A stretch of DNA of 64,000 nucleotides from Mobula hypostoma (Eukaryota): NCBI RefSeq assembly GCF_963921235.1, contig NC_086098.1:3658001-3722000 (forward strand). The letters are read 5' to 3'. Below the pieces are notes generated by a model that worked only from the letters and a program-made list of their open reading frames with translations, was not told the origin of the DNA and made no database searches. The position numbers and the translations under genes were made by a program. Below are positions 1 through 11,110 of the stretch, one piece after another (position 1 is the stretch's first letter; each line of letters opens with the position of its first letter).

Positions 1-175
1 GTAGCAGTTATTGCAATGCTTCATAATGCCAGCTGCGAGGTCGGAGTTTATTTGCCACTGCTGCCTGTAAAGAGTCTATACATTCTACCCATGACTGCGT
101 GGGTTTCCTCCAGGAGCTCCAATTTCCTCCCACATCCCAAAGACATACCGGTTAGTAAGGATTAATAAGTTGTAG
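1..175 (+). mobile_element. V-SINE (HE1-like) copy
   Basis: Core GTGGGTTTCCTCCAGGAGCTCC..TTTCCTCCCACATCCCAAAGAC recurs about 10 times in the window and matches the vertebrate V-SINE central domain as I recall it. Confidence 0.7.
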
Positions 176-249
176 GCATGCTGTGTAGCACCAAAAGTTG
201 GGACTCTTGTTGGCTGCTCTTGGACTTTTGTTTGTTTGTTTGTTTGTTT

Positions 250-460
250 ATTTATTTATTTATTTGGACACAGTATGGAATAGGCTCTGGCAGCTCTTTG
301 AGCCATGCTGCCCAGCAACCCGCTGATTTAACCCGAGCCTCATCACGGAACAATTTTCAATGACCAATTAACCTACTAACTGTGGATGTGGGCGGAAGCT
401 GGAGCACCCGGAGGAAACCCACGTGGTCACAGGGAGAACGTACAAACTCCTCACAGAACT
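250..460 (-). mobile_element. V-SINE (HE1-like) copy
   Basis: Reverse complement of the core (GGAGCACCCGGAGGAAACCCAC); TTTA-rich tail at left. Confidence 0.7.
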
Positions 461-621
461 GTGTTGGTCTGTGACACAAAACAATGCAATTCACATGATG
501 TTTCAATATATATGCAAAAAATAAAGCTAATCTTTCATCTTCAGATTTTTGAACAACACAGTGGATGACTTAAGCATCAAAGTTGGATGTGCTGCTGATT
601 TTTTAGAGCATTTGGCACATC

Positions 622-1135
622 CACTTGGAACAGAGGTGAGGAAGAATTTCTTTAGCCAGAGGAGAGTGTACCTGTGGAATTCATCGCCACAGACAACTGT
701 GCAGGCCAAGTCACTGTAAGTATTTAAGGTGAAGGTTGATAGGTTCTTGATTAATCAGAGCATCAAAGGTTAACGGGAGAGGGCAGGAGAATGGTGTTGA
801 GAAAGATAATAAAGTCAGCCACGATGAAACAACAGAGCACAATTGATGGGCCGACTGGCCTAATTCAGCTCCTAGGTCTTATGGACTTATAAGGTAATGG
901 GGGATGTCAGAGTTATGTTTTTCACACAGAGTGTGTTGGGTGCTTGGAATGTGTGGCAGAGGCAGATACATTAGGAACATATAGAAACTCTTCGATAGGC
1001 ACATGGATGATTGAAAACTGAAGGGTAATGTTAAAGGAAAGGGTTAGACTGATGTTGGAGAAGGTTAAAAGGCTGGCTTAACATTGTGTGCTAAAGGGCC
1101 TGTACTGTGCTGCAGTGATCTACGTTCTATGTTCA
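622..1135 (+). mobile_element. Two adjacent CR1 LINE 3' fragments
   Basis: Remnant of RNFFSQR..LWNSLP coding plus CR1 3' UTR; the second fragment ends in a GTTCTAT-type tail. Confidence 0.7.
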
Positions 1136-1377
1136 TAAAAGCTGGCACTGAAAGAACAGTGAAAGGCTTCAGTTTGTGTTTCAAATGCTACTCAGCAGTT
1201 TGCCACAAGACCTGCAACTGACTACTGAGCTTTAGATACAAATGTTTGGGATGTGGACATCACAGACAAAGCTCATGTTTTAATCAAACCTCGATTGTCC
1301 CTGGAGCTGTGGAGGCCCACCTTTGAAACTGATGTATTCAAATGGTCAGAATCCTCTCACAATGCTGTCAGGTACAG

Positions 1378-1840
1378 AGCCCAGAAATTCACAGGAAAAG
1401 CCCTTTCCACTGTTGAGCACATTTACACAAGCAGCGTACATTGTCAAGGACTCCCACTTTCCAGGCCGTGCTCTCTTCTCGCTGTTGTCATCAGGCAGGA
1501 GGTACAGGAGCCTTAGCTCCCACACCACCAGGTTCAGAAACAGTTATCACTCTCCACCCATCAGGCCCCTGAACTATAGTGGAGAATTCATTCACCTCAA
1601 CTCTGAACTGAATTCACAACCTACATACTCACTTTCAAGGGCTCTACAACTCATGTTCTCAATATTACTTGTATATTTATTTGTCTTCTTTTACATATTG
1701 GTTACTTCTTAGTCTTTGTTTATATAAGGTTTTTCATAAATTCTATTATATTGTTTCATTTTCTTGTAAATGCCAGCAAGAAAATGGATTTCAAGGTAGT
1801 ATATAGGTACTTTGATAATAAATTTTACTTTGAACTGTGA
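1378..1840 (+). mobile_element. Rex1/Babar-like LINE 3' end
   Basis: ORF 1323..1712 carries ALFSLLSSGRRYRSLSSHTTRFRNSY; 3' UTR ends GTACTTTGATAATAAA.TTTACTTTGAACT like other copies in the window. Confidence 0.7.
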
Positions 1841-1917
1841 CATTGATTTTGAAAAAAACATGTGGTACCGTGACTGGATTCACTCTACACGAACACTGTT
1901 CGTAGTAAGACACTTGT

Positions 1918-2180
1918 GAAAGCACAGCGGTTAGTGCGATGCTACTACAGCTCAGGGCAATCCAGAGCTCAATGCTGTCTGTAAGGAGTTTGTACTTTCT
2001 CCCCAAGACCGTGCGGAATTCCTCTGGGTGCTCTGGTTTCCTCCCACAGACCAAAGACCAGCCGGTTTGTTCACTGGTCATTGTTAATTGCCCTGTGATT
2101 AGGCTGGTGTGAAATAGGCACAGCTCATTGGGTGGTAAGGGCCTGATCCACTTTATATCTCTAAATAAATAAATAAAAAT
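1918..2180 (+). mobile_element. V-SINE (HE1-like) copy
   Basis: tRNA-like head, V-core, ATCTCTAAATAAATAAA tail. Confidence 0.75.
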
Positions 2181-2732
2181 AAACCTTCCTTTATATATTC
2201 CTTTATGTCCAGTTTTTATACTTAAATGTAAATTTTTAGAAACCAAAGCGCAAGACGTCTGCAGTCCTTGAACAGAATATCTAACTCACTTTGCTTTGAA
2301 GAATTAACCCCCTTTCCTCTTTCCACTGCCCACATTAATTCCCAGTCAACAACAGAAGTGTCAGAGCACTGTTCCACTGGAAACAGAATTTAAACAACAC
2401 GGAATTCACATTTACTGCAAAGAGATTGCACCGTAGCTCAGTGTGTCTACACCACTGTAATTCCTTCTTGTTTTCTTCAGAACATTTCTGTCCTGTGGGA
2501 GAAACTGACTCATATTAGTCTGAAGACCTATTATTGTCACTTACTCTCTATTGTTGCACTTTAACTGGGAAATTGAAACAGACAGTAAAAGGGCTTTGTG
2601 GAATGACCAGAGGTGGTGGACGATATTGCACAGCAGCATGGAAGTTATTTGACACTGCATTTTACAGGAGCGATTGTTGCAAAGGACATGTGTGGCAAGT
2701 GGTTTCCTATCTGTTCACAGGCTGAGAGCATA

Positions 2733-3906
2733 CACTCAGTGGCCACTTTATTAGGTAGTTATGTACATCTGCTCCTAGCAGGTTGAGCACCGCTTATCCA
2801 AAATGCCAAAATTTGAAAATGTCCAAAATCCAAAATTTTTTAGAGTGCTGACATAACCTCACAAATGGAGAATTCCACAAGGCACTGGGAAGGTTTCCAG
2901 GAGATGCACAGGTCTCTGCTCACTTTACACAGTTTTGAGAAGTGACCTTACATATCCAATGAACAGGGTTATTGAAAAATAGAAAAACACAGCATAAAGC
3001 GAAAAATGATCTTGATCGTGTATTGAATGATTGGATTCATCAGCATCAGACTGAACATATGTTGCTTCACAGTGCGCTGATCATGAAACAAGCAAAGATC
3101 TATCACAATGAAGTGAAAAATGAAGGTAATTGTGAATATTTAGCATGATGGTTGCAGAAATTTAAGAAAAGGCACGGCATTAAATTCTTTAAAATTTCTG
3201 GTGATAAAGCATCTGCTGATCACAAAGCAGCAGAGAAATTTACTGATGAGTTTGCCAAGATCGTCACTGATTAAAATCCAACACACTGAACAGCTGCATC
3301 AGTACATATGTGTGATGAATAAGTGTAAGACAAAGACTACTTACCAGTAGAACATAAATTCAGAGCTGGAAATCCTGTTAATGCCAAACGGACAGTGACT
3401 GTCCACCTGGCCAGCCAAGGTAGAGATAGCTTACCTTTCTGATGGTTCAATGTACACATTATTGTTTCATGCAGAAAATTACTTAAAATATTGTATAAAA
3501 CTACCTACATGCCATATGTTTAAGCTGCATATGTAATGTAAATGGATTTTGTGTTTAGATTTGGTTCCCATCCCCATGGTATCTCATTATATAGATGTAA
3601 ATATTCCAAAAACAGAAGAAAATCTGAAACACTTCCTGCCTCAAGCATATTGGATAAGGGTGCTCAACCTGCATCTAATCAGCCCAATCGTGGCAGCAAC
3701 TCAGTACATAAAATGGTCAGAATCCTCTCACAAAGCTGTCAGGTACAGAGCCCAGCAGTTCACTGGGATTTTCACGCACGGCAGTCTCTAGTGATTACAG
3801 AGAACGTTGTGAGAAGCCAAAAAGAGTGAGAGGCAGGTCTGTGCAGTGAAAATGTCTTGTTAATGAGAGATGTCAGAGGAGAACGGCCAGACTGGTTCGA
3901 GCTGAC
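2733..3906 (+). mobile_element. Tc1-like non-autonomous element, split by a Tigger insertion
   Basis: TA|CACTCAGTGGCCACTTTATTAGGTA terminus; sequence resumes at 3672 and is homologous to the copies at 39637-40178 and 61785-62327. Confidence 0.7.
2779..3671 (+). mobile_element. Internally deleted TcMar-Tigger (Tigger4/Zombi-like) DNA transposon
   Basis: TIRs CAGGTTGAGCACC(G)CTTATCCAA / TTGGATAAGGGTGCTCAACCTG; about 2975-3270 translates to a CENP-B-type HTH remnant (KAKNDLDRVLNDWIHQ..WLQKFKKRHGIK..ISGDKASAD) with stops. Confidence 0.85.
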
Positions 3907-3947
3907 CAGTTCTTCCCCTCTGTAATGAGTGACCATACCCGAAACAG

Positions 3948-4070
3948 ATCAGGGCCCCCCTAAACAGACTAAGTGACTGTACCCAGATATTATTGTGTCT
4001 CCATTCGGGATCTCGGCCCCTCGAAACAAACCAAGTGACCGTACCCAGATATTATTGCCTCCAGAACAGA
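3948..4070. repeat. Imperfect tandem duplication, period about 62 bp
   Basis: AAGTGACYGTACCCAGATATTATTG at about 3971 and 4033. Confidence 0.6.
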
Positions 4071-4088
4071 TGAGCTATTTGATTCACT

Positions 4089-4243
4089 AACACAAGAAAA
4101 CCTGCAGAGGCTGGAAATCCAGAGCAACACACACAAAATGCTGGAGGAACTCAGCACATCAGGCAACATTGATGGAAAAGAGTGGGTGCATCAGACAGAG
4201 ACCCTTCATCAACCCTGAGTTCCTCCAGCATTTTGTGTGCGTG
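4089..4243. mobile_element. Short fold-back Penelope-like (pLTR) fragment
   Basis: Inverted arms CACACAAAATGCTGGAGGAACTCAG / CTGAGTTCCTCCAGCATTTTGTGTG; related to the pLTRs flanking the GIY-YIG ORF at 43063. Confidence 0.7.
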
Positions 4244-4334
4244 CCATGTGATCGATGTGTTTTATCCCAATGCTGAATCTGGCATTGCTAACTTCATTCT
4301 AAATTGATGTTACACCTACTTATTTATAAACACA

Positions 4335-4923
4335 TGGTATATGGGGTATATGGGGTGTCAGGGAGGGGTAGCACCTCTGGTGGGGGAACATGTCGCGTCC
4401 TTTTCAAGGCGGTTAGTCCACCTTTGGTCCCCACCTGGCACTCAGCTCTCACCTGTGGCTCCCCGTAGCTGTTTGCATGTGACAGCGGCCATACCCCGGG
4501 CAACGGCTTCGACAAGCCGGCTAAACCAGGTGAGGGTAGCCGACGGGGGGGGGGGGGGGTCTCAAACCCTCGGTGAGATAGGGAGTTGTCTATCCCAGCA
4601 TGTGAAGACAGACTCTGGCGGACTGAGCGGATGAGACCAGCGGAAGTTCCAACGGTCAAGAAGACGGTCTCTGCAAGCGTCATGGAACATGTAGAGCAGG
4701 ACAAGACACAGAAGACGTCCTGGTCATCCACTGCACCTAGTCCCATCTCCAGCCGTCTAGACTCTGTCTTGCCACTGGATCCAGATGGGAATTGGGAAGA
4801 GAGAGTGAGGCTGACGCTGCACAACTCTCCCTCACTTAAATCCAAATCACACGCTAGTCTCGACACCATCATAATGGTGTCGAGGTCCTCTTCGACGTCA
4901 ACGATGGACAAACAACAACAACA
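4335..4923 (+). mobile_element. Short non-autonomous non-LTR retroelement (RTE-like) with 5' HDV-like ribozyme and (AAC)n tail
   Basis: GC/CpG-rich insert flanked by direct repeat TATAAACACA (4325-4334, 4924-4933); (AAC)4 tail; 3' hairpin 4859-4884; RTE assignment is inference. Confidence 0.7.
4352..4536 (+). ncRNA. Candidate HDV-like self-cleaving ribozyme with expanded L3
   Basis: Manual fold: P1 GGGGUGU/AUACCCC; P2 CUCUCACCUGU/ACCAGGUGAGGG (one bulge); P3 GGC/GCC; L3 UCCCCGU plus hairpin; GGGCAAC junction; P4 CGGCUU/AAGCCG; GGCUAA with candidate catalytic C4521. Confidence 0.7.
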
Positions 4924-5004
4924 TATAAACACACACACACGCACACACACAAACACACACACACACATGTATAAAGTAACATTACACTAACCACCAACAC
5001 TACC

Positions 5005-5195
5005 GCGGGGTGAGTGTACAAACTCCTTACAGACAGTGGCAGAATTGAGCCCGGGTCACTAGTGCAGTACGAGTGTTATGCTAACCTTTACAGGACTGTG
5101 GGGAGAACATCCAAATAGCTGACAGACAGTGCCGGTAATTGAACCAGGATCACTGATGCAGTATAGCACCATCGAACTGCTATGCCAACATGCCA
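5005..5195 (-). mobile_element. Two V-SINE head fragments
   Basis: TACAAACTCCTTACAGACAGTGGCAGAATTGA is the reverse complement of the SINE head and occurs twice. Confidence 0.55.
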
Positions 5196-5496
5196 CCTTC
5201 CTCCTAGCAGGCTGTGTGAAGGGAATACTGTTATCCAGAAGTAAAATTTGAAGGGGGGTGTTGAAAGTTAATTTTTAGGGTCAGGGAGATCACTTGGAAA
5301 TACCTGTGACTTATTGCTGTCAAAAGTTTAGTTACACACAGAATACAAGTTGTAACATTTCCTGAAGTACTTTGTGAGTATCTACTGAATAACAGCACTA
5401 CTTCACACTGTGGCGTGTCAATTGCAGAGATCCAACTATCCCATAACTTGTGAAGTGTTGGTCAGGTTGGACAACAATTTCCTGTTACTGATCATA

Positions 5497-6257
5497 ACAG
5501 AGATTCTGCAGATGCTGGTAATCCAGAGCAACACACACACAAAATGCTGGAGTAACTCTGTTGGCCTTCATTGTTAGAGGGATTGAATTCAAAAGTAGGG
5601 AGGTCATGCTGCAACTATACAGGGTACTGGTGAGGCCGCACCTGGAGTACTGCGTCCAGTTCTGGACTCCTTACTTGAGGAAGGATATACTGGCTTTGGA
5701 GTCAGTGCAGAGGAGGTTCACCAGGTTGATTTCAGGGATGAAACAGTCACCTGGGACTATACTCTCTGGAATTCAGAAGAATGAGAGGGGATCTTATAGA
5801 AACATACAAAATTTTGAAAGGGATAGATAAGATAGAAGTAGGAAAGTTGTTTCCATTGATAGGTGAGACTAGAACTAGGGGACATTGCCTCAAGATTCAG
5901 GGGAGAAGATTTAGGACGGAGATGAGGAGAAACTGTTTTTCCCAGAAAGTGATGAATCTGTGGAATTCTCTGCCCAGGGAAGCAGTTGAGGCTTCCTCAC
6001 TAAATATACTTAAGATACAGTTCGATGGGTTTTTACATAGTAAGGGAATTAAGGGTTATGGGGAAAAGGCAGGTAGATGGAGCTTTGTTTACGGACAGAT
6101 CAGCCATAATCTTATTGAATGGCGGGGCAGGCTCGATGGGCCAGATGGCCGACCCCTGCTCCTATTTCTTATGTTCTTATGTAACTGAGCTGGTCAGGCA
6201 GCATCTATAGACAGGAACAAAGAGTCAACACTGCAGGCTAAGATCATTCATCAGGAT
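5497..6257 (-). mobile_element. PLE pLTR fragment interrupted by a CR1 insertion
   Basis: PLE motif CTGCAGATGCTGG..AAAATGCTGGAGTAACT resumes at 6181; GTAACT is duplicated (5553-5558, 6181-6186). Confidence 0.65.
5559..6180 (+). mobile_element. CR1 LINE 3' fragment
   Basis: [28 protein letters not shown] motifs; (TTCTTATG)n tail. Confidence 0.9.
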
Positions 6258-6514
6258 GCCATTGGGGAAGTGGTAGAACAGCCTGAAATAATATCTGGTC
6301 ATTTAATATTTAGATACAAAACAGCAAACAGAAATCAAAGAGTAAGGACGTTCAATCGACCATAAACCAGTACATGATCAGTGGAAAAGCAGTTGGCAAC
6401 CATCCTCCCATAGCTGCTCTGTCATTCAATAAGCTCAAGACAGAATTGATCGTTGGACTTAACTCTCTTTTCCTGAGTCATCTCAAAACCCTTCAATCTC
6501 CTCAATTTCCTACC

Positions 6515-9500
6515 AACATAGAACATAGAATAGTACAGCACAGTACAGGCGCTTCGGCCCACAATGTTGTGCCGACTCTCAAACCCTGCCTCCCATATAA
6601 ACCCCCACCTTAAATTCCTCCATATACCTGTCTAGTAGTCTCTTAAACTTCACTAGTGTATCTGCCTCCACCACTGATTCAGGCAGTGCATTCCACGCAC
6701 CAACCACTCTCTGAGTAAAAAACCTTCCTCTAATATCCCCCTTGAACTTCCCACCCCTTACCTTAAAGCCATGTCCTCTTGTATTGAGCAGTGGTGCCCA
6801 GGGAAAGAGGCACTGGCTGTCCACTCTATCTATTCCTCTTAATTTCTTGTACACCTCTATCATGTCTCCTCTCATCCGCCTTCTCTCCAAAGAGTAAAGC
6901 CCTAGCTCCCTTAATCTCTGATCTTAATGCATACTCTCTAAACCAGGCAGCATCCTGGTAAATCTCCTCTGTTCCCTTTCCAATGCTTCCACATCCTTCC
7001 TATAATGAGGCGACCAGAACTGGACACAGTACTCCAAGTGTGGCCTAACCAGAGTTTTATAGAGCTGCATCATTACCTCGCGACTCTTAAACTCTATCCC
7101 TGTACTTATGAAAGCTAACAACCCATAAGCTTTCTTAACTACCCTATCTACCTGTGAGGTAACTTTCAGGGATCTGTGGACATATACCCCGAGATCCCTC
7201 TGGTCCTCCACACTACCAAGTATCCTGCCATTTACTTTGTACTCTGCCTTGGAGTTTGTCCTTCCAAAGTGTACCACCACACACTTCTCCAGGTTGAACT
7301 CCATCTGCCACTTCTCAGCACACTTCTGCATCATATCAATGTCTCTCTGCAATCTTTGACAATCCTCTACACTATCCACAACACCATCAACCTTTGTGTC
7401 ATCTGCAAACTTACCAACCCCCCCTTCTACCCCCACATCCAGATGATTAATAAAAGTCACAAAAAGTAGAGGTCCCAGAACCGATCCTTGTGGGACACTA
7501 CGAGTCACAACCCTCCAATCGGAATGTACTCCCTCCACCACGACCCTCTGCCTTCTGCAGGCAAGCCAATTCTGAATCCACCTGGCTAAACATCCCTGGA
7601 TCCCATGCCTTCTAACTTTCTGAATAAGCCTGCCATGTGGAACCTTGTCAGATGCCTTACTAAAATCCATATAGATCACATCCACTGTACTACCATCATC
7701 TATATGCCTGGTCACCTCCTCAAAGAATTCTATCAGGCTTGTTAGACACGATCTGCCCTTCACAAAGCCATGCTGACTGCCCCTGATCAGACCATGATTC
7801 TCTAAATGTCCATAGATCCTATCTCTAAGAATCTTTTCCAACAGCTTTCCCACCACAGAAGTAAGGCTCACTGGTCTATAATTACCCGGACTATCCCGAC
7901 TACTTTTTTTGAACAAGGGGACAACATTCGCCTCCCTCCAACCCTCCGGTACCATTCCCGTGGACAACGAGGCCATATAGGTCCTACCTTCACTCCTGTC
8001 ATCCTTTTGTTCTTCACATAATTGAAAAACGCCTTGGGGTTTTCCTTTATCCTACTCACCAAGGCCTTCTCATGCTCCCTTCTTGCTCTTCTCAGCCCCT
8101 TCTTAAGCTCCTTTCTTGCTTCCCTATATTCCTCAATAGACCCATCTGATCCTTGCTTCCTAAACCTCACATATGCAGCCTTCTTCCACCTGACTAGATT
8201 TTCCACCTCACTTGTCACCCATGGTTCCTTCACCCTACCGTTCTTTATCTTCCTCACCGGGACAAATTTATCCCTAACATCCTGCAAGAGATCCCTAAAC
8301 ATTGACCACATGTCCATAGTACATTTCCCTGCAAAAATATCATCCCAATTCACACCCGCAAGTTCTAACCTTACAGCCTCATAATTTGCCCTTCCCCAAT
8401 TAAAATTTTCCTGTCCTCTCTGATTCTATCCTTTTCCATGATAATGCTGAAGGCCAGGGAGTGTTGGTCACTGTCCCCCAGATGCTCACCCACTGAGAGA
8501 TCTGTGACCTGACCCGGTTCGTTACCTAGTACTAGATCTAGTATGCCATTCCCCCTAGTTGGCCTGTCAACATACTGTGACAGGAATCCGTCCTGGACAC
8601 ACTTAACAAACTCTGCCCCTTCTAAACTCTTGGAACTAATCAGGTACCAATCAATATTAGGGAGTTAAAGTCACCCATGATAACAACCCTGTTATTTTTG
8701 CACCTTTCCAAAATCTGCCTCCCAATCTGCTCCTCTGTATCTCTGCTGCTACCAGGGGGCCTATAGAATACCCCCAATAGAGTTACTGCTCCTTTCCTGT
8801 TCCTGACTTCCACCCATACTGACTCAAATGAGGATCCTGCTACGTTACCCACCCTTTCTGTAGCTGTAATAGTATCCTTGACCAGTAATGCCACCCCTCC
8901 TCCCCTTTTCGCCCCTTTCTATCCCTTTTAAAGCACTGAAATCCAGGAATATTGAGAATCCATTCCTGCCCTGGTGCCAGCCAAGTCTCTGTAATGGCCA
9001 CAACATCATAATTCCATGTATGTATCCAGGCTCTCAGTTCATCACCTTTGTTCCTGATGCTTCTTGCATTGAAGTGCACACTCCTTCTACCTTACTGTCT
9101 TTACGCTGTTTATTCTGCTTCCCTTTCCTCAAAGCCTCTTTATATGTTCGATCTAGCTTTACTCCATGCACTTCTTTCCCTGCTCTATCGCTCTGGGTTC
9201 CATCCCCCTTGCAAATTAGTTTAAACCCTCCTGAACCATGCTGCAAACCTACCTGCAAGGATATTGCTCCCCCTCAAGTTCAGGTGCAACCCATCCAATC
9301 TGTACAGGTCCCTCCTTCCCCAGAAGTGATCCCAATGATCCAAAAATCTAAAACCCTGCTCCCTGCACCAACTCCTCAGCCACGCATTCAACTGCCATCT
9401 CCTCCAATTCTTACCATCACCGTCACGTAGCACTGGCAGCAATCCTGAGAACGCCACCCTTGAGGTCCTGTTCTTCAGCCTTCTGCCTAGTTCCTGAAAC

Positions 9501-9945
9501 TCACACTTCAGGACCTCATCCCTCTTCCTGCCTATGTCGTTGGTCCCAACATGTATCACGACTTCTGGTTGCTTTCCCTCTCGTACCAGGATATCGTGCA
9601 CCCGGTCAGAGACATCCCGGACCCTGGCACCCGGGAGACAACAAACCATGCGGGTGTCCTTCTCACGTCCACAAAATCTCCTGTCTGCTCCCCTGACTAT
9701 AGAGTCTCCAATGACGACAGCTCTCCTCTTCTCCGTCCCACCCTGCTACAACACCGGGTCAGACTCAGTGCCGGAGGCCCTGCCACCGTGGCTCACACCT
9801 GGTCGGTCGTCCCCACCAACAGCATCCAGGACAGTAAACTTATTATTCAGGGGGATGGCTACATGGGTGCTCTGCACTACCTGTCTGCTCACCTTCGCTT
9901 TTCCCCCTCTGACTGTCACCCAACGACCTGCTTCCAACAGCCTAG
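6515..9945 (-). mobile_element. Long CR1 LINE (5' truncated, internal deletion near 7975, frameshifted)
   Basis: ORF1 SGNH esterase (VVIGDSIVRG, HVGTND, DGLHLN; 9221-9720), APE endonuclease (NARSIRNK, ITETWL, YRPP, MGDFN; 8640-9079), RT (NYRPVSLTS, PQGSVLGP, KFADD; 6924-7976), (TTCTATG)n tail. Confidence 0.95.
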
Positions 9946-10084
9946 GTGACCAAAGGTTAGAAAATACTTAAGCACCATTTTTTAATTAAATTTCTGAGTT
10001 ACTGAGAAAACTCTCAGCATGTCCACAGACACATACTGCATGGGAGCTGTTGCTTGTGTGGAATCACTCTATTTTCTGTTTCTG

Positions 10085-10312
10085 GGAGACACAGTGGCAC
10101 AGCAATTAGCATAACACATCACAGTGCCAGCGACCCAGGTCAATTCCCACCACTATCTATAACAAGTCTTGATATTCTTCCCTTGACTGCGTGGGTTTCC
10201 TCTGGGTGCTCTGGTTTCCTCCGACGTCCCAAAAGACATACAGGTTGGTATATTTGGGCACTGTGAGCTCATTGGACTGGAAGAACCAGTTACTCTGCTG
10301 TATCTCTAAATA
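10085..10312 (+). mobile_element. V-SINE (HE1-like) copy
   Basis: Head, GCGTGGGTTTCCTCTGGGTGCTCTGGTTTCCTCC core, TGTATCTCTAAA tail. Confidence 0.75.
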
Positions 10313-10571
10313 TCTAACGTTTTAAAAGCAATAACAAATCTAGACAGATTTTCCCACAACTGCTGGCTTTAACGTGATGGCAGAGAGTTTGGAGTCGGAC
10401 AGTTTAACTTTGGGCTTGTCGTTTAAATATTAGGCTCTGTACATTGGGTTTCTGTGGCACTTTTATCTGTGAAACTCGCATTTAGATGTGCCTTTACTTG
10501 CAGCAAAACAAACCCTATTTTATTGCAAAGCAAGCCATTGAAATTCTAGTTAATTTCACTTCTTCATTGAC

Positions 10572-11110
10572 CATTTCCGGGGGTGGTAATGGGGACAGGC
10601 TCCCACTACCTATTAAATGCTCGCAGTGGTGTGGGCTTCAAATAGCCTCTGACAATGAAGTCCAGCTCCCAGCCTTCGCATGCGGCTTAGCTACAAAACC
10701 CACTGGAACTGTGTCTATTGACAGGAGAAATGGCAGGGGCAGGTTACTGGCGCCTTAAAACCAGTTGCTTTGGGCACATAGGGCTCAACTAGGAGAAGAA
10801 AGACTGATCTCAAACCTCCGCGGCCTTGCGGCTACACCTATTCATTGGGATAGCTTTGGGGTAAGCCCGAGGGAAAAATCCAGAGCTGGAGTCCCTAAGG
10901 CAGTCCGACATTGAGTTCCAAACTGACTGGCAACTCCTGCGATGGTGCTGCTCCCAAACTGTAATTGCCAGTCAGTCTCTGCTGTTCCTTTGGGTTCATC
11001 AGCTGCAGGGAGAGGGGGAGCAACAGCTTGATCTCCATATCGCACTGCTGACTTGTGAATCTAAACAGCTGGAATCCGATACCCATGGTCAACCCTGACC
11101 AGCAGAGACT
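10572..11110 (+). mobile_element. Decayed short RTE-like non-autonomous element
   Basis: GC-rich island in AT-rich flanks; GATCTCAAACCTCCGCGGCCTTGCGG resembles RTE 5' UTRs as I recall them and shares TCTCAAACC with the 4335 element; residual HDV-like skeleton at 5' end. Confidence 0.45.

Noticed and set aside
1918..1990. tRNA gene-like heads (also 10085, 37640, 41210, 44548)
   Set aside because: Degenerate SINE heads without a full cloverleaf
4545..4559. G15 run as a G-quadruplex
   Set aside because: Homopolymer inside a repeat; slippage or base-calling is as likely, with no evidence of function
4324..4990. ORFs of 214 aa (minus) and 134 aa (plus)
   Set aside because: No recognisable domain; they run through a GC-rich structured repeat, a G run and a (CA)n microsatellite
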